Assembly: GCF_009914755.1 (NCBI RefSeq) | Contig: NC_060935.1 | Strand: one strand, 5' to 3' | Source of the DNA: the human T2T-CHM13v2.0 reference genome, Homo sapiens | Length of the DNA: 64,000 nucleotides | Part shown: positions 15,706 to 29,811 of the stretch, piece by piece | Layout: each line of letters begins with the position of its first letter | How positions within the stretch are numbered: the first letter of the stretch is position 1 | Notes under the pieces: model-generated | The model's input: the letters and a program-made list of their open reading frames with translations, nothing else | Told to the model about the DNA's origin: nothing | Database searches by the model: none | Position numbers and translations under genes: made by a program

Positions 15706-16334
15706 CACACCTTGTGTCCCTATGACATCTACTCTCTGCACAGGAGCCTGAGCAGTTCTCCAGAGCCTACTTGGACAATGTCTCTCCTCTGCTGAACCCT
15801 GCCGGGGGTTTCCAGCCCCTCTTGGAATGGATGTCCTTCTGCGGCATCTCTGACCTTGCTTTCCTGTTGCCTTTGCTCACTCGGCCCCAGCCAACCCCTC
15901 CTTGCCCTTCCTCCAGGAAGCAAGCCTCTGAGCCACTGCATGGGCTGTTCCCCCCATGGCTGAATGTTCTTCCCTAGATATCCACATGGCTCACCCTTAC
16001 CTCAAGTGCTTACCCAATGTCCTCTTCTTGAGGAGGCCCACTCTGGCCCACCTTGTATTCAGCACCCCCGGCCCTGCCCACACTCCCTCCCACCCCGTCC
16101 TTTGCTGCACTTTCCCCATGGATCACAGCCCTCCTGACATGCCACTCATGTCCCCTTCATGTTTATTCATGACGTTTATTGCTTCCCCCGGCAACTAGAG
16201 TGAAAGCTCCAAAGACTTCCCAGAAGGACTTCCCAGGTGCCAGGAGCCGTGCCTGGCGTATCTGATGCGTTCAAGGTACATCTGTGGAATGAATTTGAAG
16301 CGCTCCCAGAGGGGATGGGTTGGGGAAGCCTCAC

Positions 16335-16516
16335 CTTCACATAAACTGTAGGGGACACCAGCTCAGATATTTCTCTCTGCATCCGGAATCGCAAGCCGGG
16401 GCAGGAGCCCGTCCCTCCGGACAGTAGCATGTGGCCAAAGAGAACCTTCTGGAGGTCGGGGTTGCAGGAAGTGATGCTCTGGATGGCCTTCGTGTGGATG
16501 CCAGGGGTGTTTTTCC
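16335..16516 (-). pseudogene. ACTE1P: Actin-like coding exon 7 (182 nt): (G)KNTPGIHTKAIQSITSCNPDLQKVLFGHMLLSGGTGSCPGLRFRMQREISELVSPTVYVK
   Basis: Acceptor tgtcctgacag, donor AAG|GTGAGG. Matches actin 268-328 (GIHE, LSGGTTMYPG, RMQKEI). Confidence 0.92.
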
Positions 16517-16980
16517 CTGTCAGGACAGGCAGAGGGAGAAAGAATGTTGGAAGCCAGAGGCTTGGCGGCTGCACACCTGGGCCCCTGCCTCCCAGCGGAA
16601 GGCCTTGGGTGCTGGAAACCTCCCTGAGCCTTAGGTAACACCCAGCAAGGTAGGCAAACCTTAGCTTAGCTGGGCTCCCATCAGGGAATGCAGGGAGCCA
16701 CCCGGTCAGATGACAGGACTCAGCTGCTCCTGGTTGAGGAAATAAATAGGAATTCTCCACTCTCCTCCAGGAGAATTTATATTCAACTGTTATTGACAGT
16801 TCTTAACATGTAATGCCTTGATATCAATTGTATAAAAAGATTCCTGTCGAGGCAGCATCCTCCTTCAGGCAGTCTTTGAGAAATGACACTGATCCCTCCT
16901 TTCTTGGCTCATCATTTGGCCACATGAATAAACTCAAATATAATGAGAACTGCCCTGAAGAGATGTGTGCCTTGTATTAC

Positions 16981-17022
16981 TAGGTTGGTGCAAATGTAAT
17001 CGATTACTTTTGCACCAACCTA
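16981..17022. mobile_element. Internally deleted MADE1 (mariner MITE) palindrome
   Basis: TAGGTTGGTGCAAA...TTTGCACCAACCTA terminal inverted repeats. Confidence 0.85.
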
Positions 17023-17886
17023 ATATTTTCTGTTCAAAATTGTGAGCCCCTGGGAAGGCTGCGTGGTGCCTTCCGTGCCTCTTGCCTGTGAGGAAAAATT
17101 GCCGAATAACCTTGGACTCATGACAAAAGGCTAACCCCAAGGGGCATTTAAGAGAGGCCCAGCAGAAAGGCCCTGCTAGTTTCACCGATCTGGGGTGGTG
17201 CTCCTGTTCACTGGGACCCAGCCAGACCCCGGGGAGAACTTCCCCACAGTGGGTGAAGAACCTCAATTTCTTCTCTACTTCACATTGGTGGTGCACGTGA
17301 CCAGACCATCCCCTGCACAGTTGAACAGAGGAACACAGAGATAAACCAACTAACTTACAGAAGATTCTAAGTGCCAGGTACTCACTGAGTCCTCAACCTG
17401 GGGAAATGGTTACTTCCCCACCCTTAATTCCCCGTTGTCCTTTATGAAGGTAACAAATGAAGAATTGGACTCCGGGGAACACCTGCTTTTCCATGTCGAC
17501 CAGGGAGATTCCATCTTCCCCACCAGTAGGGATTTCACCCTCTGTCATTTCTCCCGTTCCACCAGGACAAATGTACCAGCTGAAGCGTTTAGGCAGCTCC
17601 ATGCTAACTCAAAGTCTCTAGATCAGCCACATTTGTAAAGCTCCCTCCAAATCCAGGGTGATTACATGTCTGTCTTAAATTGTATTGAAATTTATATTTC
17701 AGATTATTTTGTAAGTAGGCAGAGTACAAACAATACATTTTGAAAGAGAAGACCTTTTTGGTGAGTTTCCTTCTCTGTAAAATGGGATAATTTTACAGAG
17801 GTGGATTTGGGGGTGGATTCAAGGATATAACACTCGCAATGGTCAGTGAAGTGACAGGCAGACTGTAAGTGCCTAGTGAGTGTTAG

Positions 17887-18358
<472 letters not shown>

Positions 18359-18387
18359 TAATTTCTGTCCCCTTCCTGCGGATTCAC

Positions 18388-18576
18388 CTATGAGTTTTGA
18401 CTAGAAGAGCACCTCGGGGCAGAAGAAGCTCTCCTGCCCAACGGTGATCTCTTGGCCATCAGGCAGCTGATATTTCTGTTGGCATGAAGGTGAATCAGTT
18501 TTCATCTTTTCCTTGTCAAAGTCCAAAGCCACATAGCAGCATTTCTCCTTCATGTCCCGGATGTACTCTCGATCCC
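18388..18576 (-). pseudogene. ACTE1P: Actin-like coding exon 6 (189 nt): (G)[19 protein letters not shown]...[27 protein letters not shown](G), containing a premature TAG
   Basis: Acceptor ttgtcccacag, donor G|GTGAAT. Matches actin 204-268 with a one-codon deletion. TAG at 18403-18401 replaces actin Gln263. Confidence 0.92.
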
Positions 18577-19899
18577 CTGTGGGACAAAGGAAAAGTGCCA
18601 AACAGAAAAAGGCATGAAAATGAGATGAGTTCACAGAAGCACCTTTGGTGAGGTTGAGGCTGCACCACTGGAGCTGTCATTTCTATTTCCATTTCACACT
18701 CCTGGCACTCTTGTTTGTGCCATGTGTTGAGCCTGAGTTTGTGGAAGAGTAGAATAAGTATGTCTTGAACTAAGATAAAAGGGATTAGGAAATTTCAGCG
18801 TTTCAGAAGTTGATCTCCTTCTACATACAGTGTATGTTTGGGGGAGGGTGGGGGGGAGCTGGAAAAGCAAACCCGACTTTCTTATCTACTGCTATGAGCG
18901 GTGCTGTTGGTGCCCCATCCCCCAGCTGCCGCCTGCTCACAGCTGCCCTCTTCTCTGGAGAATTGCCCACAGTGGATCAAAATCCCCACCCAGAAATATC
19001 TGGAAGGTTACATACACTCCTTCTCTTTTTGGATGGCTGACAACAGGCTTTAAACCCAGCTGTGTCTTCTCGCTTATGGTTTTACACTTTTTCTATCACT
19101 CTTTTTGAGTTGGATCGGGGAACTCTGCACCGCCCACCTGGAAATGTCACTTGCTCTTCAGCACCCTGACGTCTGCCTTCTACCTTCACTCGCTCCACCT
19201 AACCTGCTGTTGCCTGGGTCTGTTCTGTACTCCTAGATCCAAAAACCTGAGGACACTCTTTGGTTCTTTCCTGACCTCTTTCCCTCGGCAGCTGAGGTTA
19301 TTAATCACTCCCTTCTTTCCTCGGCTTCTGGGATGCTGCACTCTCCTGATATTTGTTCCTTTCTTCATGTAGTTGGGGCTTTGATGAGGCAAATTTGGGT
19401 TCAAATCCCATCTCTGCCATTGACCCAATGCCTGGCTTTAGGAAACTTCATTAACCTCTTAAACCTTCCCTTCCCTTATCTGCAAGAATGGGATAAATGA
19501 TCATTCGCAGGACTGTTGGAAGGACGAGAGGCAACGATGCTCACCAAGAGCTCACCAGGTGTGAGGCATCAATAACATGCTATGACTTTGCCCTGCAACC
19601 CTTCTCACTTTCCCTCTAATTGCTGTTATTCTTTAAGATTCCATGCTTTGCATCGCTTTTGACACAGACCTCTTGGTCTTCAAGGAAGACCCTGGGATGC
19701 AAGATTGTAGGCTCACTGGGAATGGGTGTCATGCAGGTTATACAGGCTGGGAATCTAGTCCAGGAACTGGGTGCAGAGAAGGACAGGCACCTTACCTGGA
19801 GCCTTGGGTTCATATCCCAGCTGCTATACCATTTATCATTTATGGAATGTTGGGCAAATCTTCTAATAGCCTTCCTGAGCCTCTTCCTGTTATTATTAG

Positions 19900-20195
19900 T
19901 TTTTTAAGAGACAGGGTGTTGCTTTGCTCTGTTACCCAGGCTGGCATACAGTAGTATCATCAGAGCTCACTATAACCTCTGACTCCTGGGCTCAAGTGGT
20001 CCTCTTGCCTCAGTCTCCTAAGTAGCTGGGACTACAGGTTGCTCATCACCACACCCTGCTAATTTTTTAATCTTTTTGTAGAGACCGGGTCTTGCCGTGT
20101 TGCCCAGGCTGATCGCAAACTCCTAGGCTCAAGTGATCCTCCCACCCCAGCCTCCCAAATTGCTGGGATTACAGATATGAGACATTGCACCTGGC
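19900..20195 (-). mobile_element. AluJ-like
   Basis: Alu antisense. Confidence 0.85.
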
Positions 20196-20329
20196 TGCAT
20201 CTTCCTCTTGTAATGGAAATAATTGTTCCCTCTCGTAGGGTTATAGTGAGAAGCAATGAGAAAATGCATGTGAAATGTTTACTTGGCCTGGTGCTTTCTA
20301 CAGGATAAGTTCTCTATAAAGTTTAGCTC

Positions 20330-20625
20330 ATCATCATCTTAACAACTGTCATCATAACTATCATCACCATCACCATCATTACCACCACCACCATCATCAC
20401 AATCATTGTTACCATTACTATAACCATCATCATCACCATCACCATCATTGTCATCATCACCATCACCACCACCATCATCACCATCACCACCAATCACCAT
20501 ATGACCATCACCATCACCATCATCAGCATCACTGTCATCACCATCATGGTCACCATCACTATCACCGTCATTGCCACCACCATAATCGTTATCATCATTA
20601 TCATTGTCCTTATCATCATCATCAA
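20330..20625. repeat. (CAT/CAC)n low-complexity repeat
   Basis: catcaccatcacc run. Confidence 0.9.
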
Positions 20626-20785
20626 TCCACTAAATGTCCCTAAATATAAATAAAGTTGTTTTTAGAACTTGAATGATGGTTAAGTAGTCTTAGCTTTACA
20701 CACTGAGGGCTGTAGGTTGAGCTAGCAAAGAAGGCTATTATACCCCAGAGACTAGTTTACCCAGCCAAGAATAGCAATTTCCTAC

Positions 20786-20947
20786 CTGTGCCCACCAATA
20801 ATTGCACATTGTCTTTCAACAGTTGCAGGAGGTACGAGGTTAGGTCCTGGCCCGCTATGTCCACCTGGAAGGTTGACTGATGCAAAGGACAGCCATCAGC
20901 GATGGGCACGAAGTGTGTCATTCCTTCTCCAGATTCAACAGTCATGC
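20786..20947 (-). pseudogene. ACTE1P: Actin-like coding exon 5 (162 nt): (G)MTVESGEGMTHFVPIADGCPLHQSTFQVDIAGQDLTSYLLQLLKDNVQLLVGT(G)
   Basis: Acceptor ttctcttgtctag, donor G|GTAGGA. Matches actin 150-204 (DSGDGVTH.VPI, DLAGRDLTDYL). Confidence 0.92.
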
Positions 20948-21293
20948 CTAGACAAGAGAACATGCTGGTACCATAATGCAAAGCCAATGACATCCCTTAC
21001 AATTGTTATATCTGCAGTGAGAGAAGGCAGAGGGGAGCTAACAGAGGAGAAGACAAAGATTCTCAGGAGCCAGCTTTCTTCCCCGAAAGGGGAGTGCACA
21101 AGAAGGAACAAAAGGGCTGGCTGTTGTGGATGGTGGCCCACAAGTTTTCTTATGACACCACACATGCAGGTTTCACAGTAGTGGTCCAAAAGGTAGAAGA
21201 GGAAAAATCATACCAGGATTTTTTTTCCTTTTATTGTTTTAATTGACAAATAATACTTACACAGTACTTATACTGTATACAAATGCCCATAGC

Positions 21294-21296
<3 letters not shown>

Positions 21297-21330
<34 letters not shown>

Positions 21331-21610
21331 AGACGGAGTCTTGCACTGTTACCCAGGCTGGAGTGCAGTGGCATGATCTGGGCTCACTGCAAGCTCTGCC
21401 TCCCAGGTTCATGCCATTCTCCTGCCTCAGCCTCCTGAGTCGCTGGGACTACAGGTGCCCACCACCATACCTGGCTAATCTTTTGTACTTTTAGTATAGA
21501 CGGGATTTCACCGTGTTAGCCAGGATGGCCTTGATCTCCTGACCTCGTGATCCGCCCACCTCGGCCTCCCAAAGTGCTGGGATTACAGGCGTGAGCCACT
21601 GCACCCGGCC
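21297..21610 (-). mobile_element. AluY inserted into an old L1 fragment
   Basis: AluY-type positions (gcaagctc, ccgtgttagccaggatg, ctcgtgatccgccc); target-site duplication catagcagcttt; host L1-like sequence continues to ~22060. Confidence 0.88.
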
Positions 21611-22254
21611 CATAGCAGCTTTATTTACAATAGCCCCAAACCGACAACTCAAATATTCGTTCACAAGTGGATAAAGTACAATGTATTCATAAGATGGGCT
21701 ACTATCCAGCAATGAGAAGACATGAACTCTCAACCCACACACAAGAATAAATCTTCAAGTAATTACACTGTGTGAAAAAAAAAAAAAAAAGAAACCCCAA
21801 AAAAGTGCTGACCTTCTGGTCCATTCATACAAAATTCTAGAAAATGCAGACTCCAAGGCAGCTGGTGGCTCTCTGGGGACAGACTGGAGGGGCAGACTGT
21901 GTGGTGCCAGGGAAAAGATTAGGGGTGACAGATACATTCATTATCTTGGTTCTGAAGGCTTCAAGAGTAGACACATGTGTCAAAACTTAGCAAATTGTAC
22001 ACTTTAAACACATGCAATTTATCGTATATCAATTACACCTCGAGAAAGCTATTAAGAAAAAAAAGTGAGTAAAGTAAACTGTTAAAACCTGGGAGCGAAT
22101 CATTTAACCAGGAGGGATGAAAGGGTCTGGAGAGTGCGAGCTGTGTGGGTCTTTGTCTTTCGTTACTGGTCAGGGAGGGAGTGGGCTGCGCGCAGTGGTG
22201 AGCGTCTCAGCCGGAGGGAGGCGGAGGCTATGGGGCTCCCACAGGGCTACTCAC

Positions 22255-22339
22255 CGAAGGTCTGGCCAGAGGCGTACAGAGAAAGGACTCCTCGGTTAGC
22301 TAAATACAGGGCAGGTATGTTGAAAATCTCAAACAGCAC
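22255..22339 (-). pseudogene. ACTE1P: Actin-like coding exon 4 (85 nt): [28 protein letters not shown](G)
   Basis: Acceptor tttctccctag, donor G|GTGAGT (phase 1). Matches actin 122-150 ([28 protein letters not shown]). Absent from the ORF track. Confidence 0.92.
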
Positions 22340-23769
22340 CTAGGGAGAAACATCAGCCACCCCTGGCAGCCAGGCCCGCAGATGAGGTGGGCTTCTCCTT
22401 AACTACCCAGGCAACATGAGTACCGCCTGCAAGAGGCACTTGGTTCCCTGCACCACCCAAGAGAGACCCAGACCATGGACACAGAAACACATTCCTCCTT
22501 ATCCCAGCTTTGCTCCGATGAGCTCCGGGACACTCTCAGTTTCCCAGTCTGTAAAATAGACCCATACCCATCCCAGCCACCTCTTAGGACTGTGGGGAGA
22601 CTTGGATTAGATGGCAGACTCCCTACAGATGGGCTCCTGGGTATGGGGGCTGTCCGTGGATGTCTGGTACCTGGCTCAGGATGATTAGGACAGGTGCACA
22701 GTGGCCCCAGGGTGTGAAGTACTGGGGTGTGGACACTGGGAGCAGCCCAGAGTTCAGGGAAGGGCCTGGCCTGGCAGCAGGACCCCTGGGTTCTAGGCCT
22801 GGCTCTTACAGCATGTGTGACCTTGGGAGACAACTGCTCCTCGCTATGCCTCAGTTTCCTCATCAGAAGGAGAGTAGTGGTACCTCCCTGGGGATGGTGC
22901 TGAGGACAACATGAGTTAACACCCGTAAAGCCCGTGCCACAGTGCTTAGTGTATACTGAGCATTCCACAAATGCCATCACTTGCTGGTCCCAGGCCTCAG
23001 TTTTCTCATCTGTAAAATGGGAATCGGACCATAGGGAAGGACCGTGAAGACCATGTGAGCTCTGTAACCTTCTGGCCCCACAGCAGGCCCACGGAAGTCA
23101 AGGCTGGCTTTTGTCTTTGTGGGAATTTTTTGAGGCCTGCTGGGGCTGGGTGCGGGATGGAGAGTTCAAAGCAGGGCCCACAGATGTAGAAATATCCCTT
23201 TGCCCACAGTGAGGAGAAGCCCCACGCGGGTGGGCTAGCAGTTGCCTGTGGCCTGCAGAAGCCCCCGCCTTCCTCATGATGTCTGTCCTGGGCTCCTCTT
23301 TCTTGGGTCACCCATCAGGTTCTGCCCACAGGGCCCCAGAAGGAGATCCAGGGAGGGGAGGGGAGGGCTTGCTGACGTCCCAGCTCCCTCCCTGCTGGGT
23401 CCCTCTTCTGAAGGCCACAGCGCCTGGGCGACAGCCCTCCCTGGGAACTGATAACCATCCACTGCTCTTTCAGGCTTAGGGGTGGTAGCAGCTGCCCCGG
23501 GACACCCCTGGATACCGCACGCTCTCATGGGGCTTTTTTCTAAAACTCACGCTCACCTTTGTGTATAATCTCTTTATGACACTCTCACTAAACATGCCCC
23601 ATGTGAGTGTACCTTTGACTTCCTGCTGGGTCCCTGATACAGTTAGAGGGTGAATTTGGAGAGGACCAGGGCAGAAAGGCAGGCAGTGCACCCAGCAGGT
23701 GGGAAGCCACAGAGGCAGGCTGGATGCCAACCGCACGGCTGGAGCCCTGGCTCATCCCACAGGCCAACG

Positions 23770-24210
23770 GCACCCAGCCGCGGGGCGCCTGGGGTTTCGC
23801 CAGGTGTTCTTCAGCGTGTGTCTGTGGGGTGTCTCTGAGTGAGACCAACACGTGGATCAGGGGATGCGTAAAGCAGACAGCCCTCCTGGATGTGGGTGGG
23901 CCTCATCCAATCAGTTGCAGACCTGATTCCATCAAAAGGACAGAGTAAGAGGTAGCCCCTCCGGCCCAACTGCCTGCACCCAGACACCAACCCTTTCCTG
24001 CCTTCAGACTGGGAGTGGACATTGGCTCTTCCTGGGTCTAGACCCCGCCGGCCTCCAGACTGGAGCCACAGCACGGGCCCTCCTGGGGCTCTAGCTTCCC
24101 AACCGCAGAGCCTGGAACTTGCCGGCCTCCGTCACTGTGTGAGCCAGGCCCTCATCCTGAACCCCTCTCCGTGTCTACGCTCATCCCACTCTTCTGTGTC
24201 TCCAGAGAAC
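23770..24210. mobile_element. ERVL LTR (MLT2-like)
   Basis: gtgggtgggcctcatccaatcagttg...gctcttcctgggtct...tctgtgtctccagagaac. Confidence 0.7.
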
Positions 24211-25250
24211 TTTGCTGCCCCCGCCGGGGAGTGAGATGTCCCCTGTGGAGAGGGCCGCCCCACTCCTTCTCCAGCTCCCCACCGCCTCACGGGCACTCGA
24301 CAGTCTGAAAGTAGGAGCCTGCTGCGCCCCAACCAGGCAGCCCAGCTGTGGCCTACTCCTGTGATCCACCTCTCCACAAGCCGAGGAGGACTCAAGGGTC
24401 CGCTCAGGGCTTTTTCTCAAATGAGGTGGCAGCTTATGCCTGCACTGTGATGGATAGAGCTGCCATTTCTGGGCCGCCGTGTGTGCCTCTGCAGGGAGCA
24501 GGTGGCGCCTTGAGCCCTGGGTCTGTCTGTGGGTCACGGCTCACTGCGGGAGACACCGCTGGGCTCCAGGGACCCTGGGCCAGGTGGTGGAACTGTGCTG
24601 CTTGCTTAATGAGCTCACCAAATGTCCTCATTAGGAGCAGCTAATGATGTGATGGGAACATGGTAGCCAGCGGCAGCCCAGCAGCCCCCACCCCAGCCTT
24701 AAGGAGAGTGCCACACCTTCCTCTCTTCTCCAGCCTGGGCCCCTGCCAGGCCCCACTGCCCAGCCCCATCAGGGCCACCCTGTCAACACACACCAGTGCC
24801 TCCTGCCTGGTGGGCAGGCCCAAGAGGAAGCTCAGAGAAGAGACCCAGGAGCTTTTAAACCAGAATCAGAGGCCGGAGTCAGACCTGCATCTAGGACAAC
24901 TGAATTGTGGCTGAGAGTGGAGTTTCAGGGCGAGACCACTGGGGTCTAGGCAAGCACGCCAGCGACACTCCGCATGACCTTAGCCAAATTGCTTAAGCTC
25001 CCTGCTGCCGCAGGCTCTTCATATGTACAAAGGGGAGGATGGTCCTCTGCCCCATGGCTGGTTGGGAGGCCTGCATGAAGTCACATGTATGCAGTGTCCG
25101 GCCCCTGGCCAGCACCCCGGCGGAGGCCGGCATGCTTGGCGTGAGTGTCGAGGGGGTGTCCCCTGACCAGCGTCCTCCTCTTGCCGAGCAAGGAGCAGGT
25201 GAGGCCGAGGTTGCCCCTCGCTCAGGGGAGACCAGATACTGACCCCCTGA

Positions 25251-25877
<627 letters not shown>

Positions 25878-26304
25878 TAGCACTTGTGATGGCTGAGTGA
25901 CAGAGAGGTCATCCTGATCTGAGGGAGCATCAGGGAGACAGCGTGGCTTCAGCAAGATGCAGAACCGCCACTCGGTCACCAGGCCTGGGGCTAGGATGTG
26001 GGGCTGAGACCAGTGAGGCCCAGAGCTTGGCTAGAGCATCTCGTGGCCTGATGTGGTCGGATACCACCACCAGGACTTCAAGGGTGTGATACAAACTGGG
26101 GGCTCAGACGGGTGGATGCTGCATAGGGAGAGAGTGCAGGTGTGAGCCCAGTATGAACGGAAGCTCCACCGCACACCAGGCCAGCCCCGGACAAGCAACC
26201 TGATTCTGTTGAACCTCATTCCTCATCCTCAAAACAGGAAATGTTCCCTGCCTCACAGAGGAGTGTGACAGTGAAATGGTGGCCTCGCCGAGAAGTCTGG
26301 TGCA

Positions 26305-26680
26305 TTCATGTCCCACGGTTGCCATCACAAAGCCCCAGAGACAGGGCACCTCGCACCGCAGACACTCATCGTCTCCCATTCTGGAGGCTGGAGTCCCAGA
26401 TGAAGGCGCCGCAGGGCTGGTCCCTCCCAAGGCCTCTGTCCTCGGCCTGCAGGCACTGTCTTCTTCTGGCTGTGTCCTCACAGGGTCCCCCACTGTGTGT
26501 CTGCATCCAACTTCCTCTTCTGATAAGGCCCCAGTCACATTGGATTAGGGCCCACCCTAATGATGTCTTCTTAACCTAGTTGCCGCTTTAAAGCTGCTAT
26601 CTCCAAGCACAGTCACACTCTGAGGCATTGGAGGCTAGGATTTCACATGTAAATGTTGGGGGACACAATTCAGCCCCTCA
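26305..26680. mobile_element. MaLR LTR (MLT1-like)
   Basis: ttctggaggctggagtcccaga...ggattagggcccaccctaatga...gggggacacaattcagccc. Confidence 0.75.
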
Positions 26681-27244
26681 CACCCAGTACAGTAGGGGCT
26701 CAGTACACCATGGTTGGTTATCAGGTGTGAGTCGGCTGCCTGTCCCTGTGGGGGGACGTGCCCCTGGGGGAGGGCAGTGTGGAGGGGCGGCCTCCTGCAG
26801 GCAGGCACAGGACCTGGAAGCATGAGGCCACAATCCCTGTGAAAGAGCAAGAGCCAGGCATCAGCTGCAGGTGTGGCCCATCCTTAGATGACCAGCCTGA
26901 GGCAGGGAAGGGACACAGCCAGACATGAGCTTGGAAGAGTCTCCTGAAGACAGGGCGGGGTGATGAGAGGGAGGAGGTGGGAGACATGGGCACAGAGGAG
27001 GGTCAGTGTGTGATGCTGGCAATTCAGGAAAGATGGTGAAGCCAGGAGCCAGGACCCCTGAAGCCATGCAGGACCCAGAGCCTTGGGCTCCCTCAGGCAG
27101 GTGAGCCCCCCACAAGGCAGCAGACGGCGGGGGACCCCTGGGGCCCATAGCTGAAGCTGTGCTCTCCAAGACCTGTCTACACGGCCCGTGTTTCTGCATT
27201 CCCGTCACATTGGGAGCCACAGCCACAGCTGTGCAGGAAAAAAC

Positions 27245-28150
27245 ACTTGTGAACGGTGTTACCACTGCCCCTGCCAAGATGGCCCCATGGCCCTCAGGCC
27301 CTGGAAGTCACGCCCTGTGCAGACCTTTCCTACATGGAATCAGGACTGGCTTGTGTGACCAACAGAATGTGGCAGAAGTAACAGTGCGACGGCCCGGGCT
27401 GTGCCACGGTGGCCTGGTGCCTCCACCTTGGCCTTTTCCATAGTTCCCCATGGGGGAAGCCAATCGCCAGGCTGGCAAGAAGTTGAACAGCCCTGGAGGG
27501 AGACCCCCATGCAGAGGAAGCACCCCACGGCCACCTGATACTGCCGCCTTGGAAGGGGCTTCTCCAGCCCCAGTCAAGCCTGCAGCCAACACAGCCCCTG
27601 AGCTGTGGCAGCCACTTGAGACCCCGAGCCAGAACCAGCCTGAGGAGTCACTCCCAGATTCCTGACCCACAAAACTGAGAGTGATGACCATTGGCATTTT
27701 GAGCCTCTGCATTTGGGGCTAATGTGTGAAGGCAGCATTAGAACATTGTGATCAGTTGAATTGTGTCGCCCCAAAATTCATATTTTGAAGTCTTAGCCCC
27801 CGTACGTCTGAATGGGACCTTATTTGGAAACAGGGTTGTTGCAGATGCCATCACTTAAGAGGAGGCTGGGTCCCCAATCCCATAGGAAGGAGAAAATGTG
27901 GACACAGACACAGACAATGCCACGTGAACCTGAAGGCAGACATCGGGGTGACACATCTGTGAGCCAAGGGGAGCCAAAGACTGACAGCCACCAGGGGAGA
28001 GGCCCAGGACACAGGCTCCGGCACGGCCCTGCAAGGAACCAGCTCGGCCCACACCTTGACCTTGGACTTCCAGCCTCCAGGATGGTGAGGTAATGAATTC
28101 CTGCTATTGAAGCTGCCTCGTCTGTGGCTGGGACAGGGACACAGTAACTA
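27245..28150. mobile_element. Two adjacent MaLR (MLT1-like) LTR fragments
   Basis: ggcttgtgtgaccaacagaatgtggcagaagt...; tttggaaacagggt...ggacttccagcctccagg. Confidence 0.65.
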
Positions 28151-28226
28151 ACAGGTACATCCTCTAAGGCAGTGCACGGCCTGTCCAAATGCACATGGAG
28201 GTCCTAGCCAGAACTTCAGTTACTAA

Positions 28227-28672
<446 letters not shown>

Positions 28673-28732
28673 TAGCTGGACCTAGCTAGGGAGGCCTATG
28701 AACACGTCCTGCCTGGCAGAAGCTGTGCCCAC

Positions 28733-28861
28733 CTTCTCCATGTTGTCCCAGTTGGTTGTTGTTGCCCGAGAAATGGGGTATTGCAGGTTGAGTTTCCCTC
28801 ATTTTTTCTGAACCTCCTCTCCAATGAACCAGTCTTCCTCTTCCATCCCCACCAATACATT
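28733..28861 (-). pseudogene. ACTE1P: Actin-like coding exon 2 (129 nt): NVLVGMEEEDWFIGEEVQKK*GKLNLQYPISRATTTNWDNMEK, containing a premature TGA
   Basis: Acceptor tgtctttcag, donor AAG|GTGGGC. Aligns without gaps to actin 42-84. TGA at 28801-28799 replaces actin Arg62. Confidence 0.92.
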
Positions 28862-29207
28862 CTGAAAGACACAGGCCAGGACAGATCAGCTTCTAGGGGT
28901 GACTGGGGTTGGACTCCCCTGCAGCTGGCTTTCATTTGTGGAGACCCAGTGAGCAGTGGCTGGGAGGCCACAGTGGCCTTCGTGGGAGACTCCAAGCCAC
29001 AGCACGGGCATCCACGACCTCCCCGAGCCCTGTGAGCTATTTCAGAAATGGCCACTAAGAGGTTTTAGCAAAGTACCTGCAAGGTAAGAGTGTGCCCGAG
29101 GAGTCATTCCTAGGATATTTGTCCTGTCCACTTCGTAGATGAGGAAATGGGACAGCAAGGAGAGAGGCTGCTGAGGAAGGAGAGGTGAGGGGAGATGCAC
29201 CAGGAAT

Positions 29208-29305
29208 GCCACGGTGCTGCTAGAGGATCAAGTCAATTAAGCCCACTGGCAGGAATGCATTTCATAAGCTGACATCGTGGTAGGAGGGATTGTCACTGCT
29301 TCCAC
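29208..29305. repeat. 98-bp direct repeat, copy 1
   Basis: Matches 31285-31382 at 91/98 positions by hand count. Confidence 0.9.
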
Positions 29306-29811
29306 ATTTGCTTCGGAAGGTTGACCGGGAAAGGGTCTGTGATGTAATTCAACTTCTGTTATTTTTTTAGGAAGATAAACCTGGCTACTTTCATGGCAGA
29401 TTAAGCCATCTGTTCCATCATTCAGAGGTGATTTTACTTGATGGCCCATGTGTTCATCTGGGTCCACTGAGAAACAGACACCAGGATGGAATGAAAGGTG
29501 CAAGAATGTGATTAGGGAATACGCACACATTGGGGACAGTGGGGAGACAGCAGGACAAAGATCGAAGAGACAACAGGCTGCTGTCCAAGTCTGAGCCTGG
29601 GTGCAGGGAACAGGGAAGCAGATTGGGTGGGTGACCTTAGCCACCATGCCGTCTAAGGGAATGGAACCTTTGCAAGGTTGTTGGAGAGTTCTTGAGCCAG
29701 GCTCATTTATCACAGGAGTGCTGGGTTTCCCAAAAATGGGCTTGACTTGCCTTGGTGTCACTGCCATCCTCAGTCATTGGCTGGGAGCAGCAGGTAGGAA
29801 GGATGGCCTCA

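Noticed and set aside
14385-15741. Long Cys/Trp/Asp-rich ORFs (281 aa, 351 aa)
   Set aside because: Artefacts of the 17-bp tandem repeat; ORFs are open in several frames.
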